This document shows positions 63,889 through 64,000 of a stretch of DNA of 64,000 nt, piece by piece. The notes under the pieces are model-generated. The model was not told the DNA's origin. It saw only the letters and a program-made list of their open reading frames with translations, and did no database searches. The translations under genes and the position numbers were made by a program. Within the stretch, counting starts at the first letter, position 1. The number at the start of each line of letters is the position of its first letter. This stretch comes from Flexivirga sp. (GTDB lineage Bacteria; Actinomycetota; Actinomycetes; Actinomycetales; Dermatophilaceae), in NCBI RefSeq assembly GCF_051955415.1, contig NZ_JBQCGS010000071.1:688-64687 (forward strand). The letters run 5' to 3'.

Positions 63889-64000
63889 CTATTTGAGCGG
63901 CGCCGGCGCAGGTGCACCGGAGTCGTCCGCAGTGACAACAGGCGGAACGTGGTCCACGCCGCCAGGGTTCCATGGGTGGCATCGAGCGAGCCGGCGCACG
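63889..64000 (-). CDS. yidD: Membrane protein insertion efficiency factor YidD (3' part; 5' end outside window)
   Basis: My own translation of the - strand gives ...VRRLARCHPWNPGGVDHVPPVV...PLK*, which contains the YidD signature RCHPxxxGGxDxVP. TAG stop at 63889-63891. Confidence 0.8.
   Translation of the reverse strand, partial: VRRLARCHPWNPGGVDHVPPVVTADDSGAPAPAPLK

Overview
High-GC (about 70% by eye) actinobacterial chromosome on one flank of oriC. The window ends in yidC/yidD, so rnpA-rpmH-dnaA should lie just beyond 64000. Conserved backbone on the left: dnaB (with a 427-codon LAGLIDADG intein), rplI-rpsR-ssb-rpsF, a GT87-like membrane protein, ponA and PadR-ino1. Conserved backbone on the right: cca, NUDIX, DUF6049-like, murJ, pseudokinase, sigM/anti-sigma, trxB-trxA, parB-parA with four parS-like sites, rsmG, jag, yidC and partial yidD. 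Between them (about 17.7-47.3 kb) lies an accessory stretch: SDR, SGNH hydrolase, RidA, NYN/OST-HTH protein, sugar ABC transporter, pabC-pabAB, TetR-MFS, a four-gene membrane/lipid operon ending in a PAP2_C::WS/DGAT fusion, a PucR regulator, and a translationally coupled 10.6 kb hopanoid operon (hpnC-hpnD-hpnE::polyprenyl synthase-shc-hpnG::ispH-hpnH-dxs). I saw no rRNA, tRNA, CRISPR or transposase. The signals most worth follow-up are sequence-level. (1) A dispersed ~45-nt repeat family occurs in operon spacers and in frame inside genes, always in the same chromosomal orientation. (2) The octamer CGGCATAC/GTATGCCG is present about 44 times by manual scan, roughly 20x a naive expectation, in all reading frames and both orientations. 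(3) There are unusual enzyme fusions in and next to the hopanoid operon. (4) Perfect DnaA boxes are scattered outside oriC. There are also several tandem/inverted repeat arrays and candidate operators. Many long ORFs in the six-frame track are high-GC shadow ORFs and were discarded. All coordinates of short motifs were indexed by hand and could be off by 1-2 nt.
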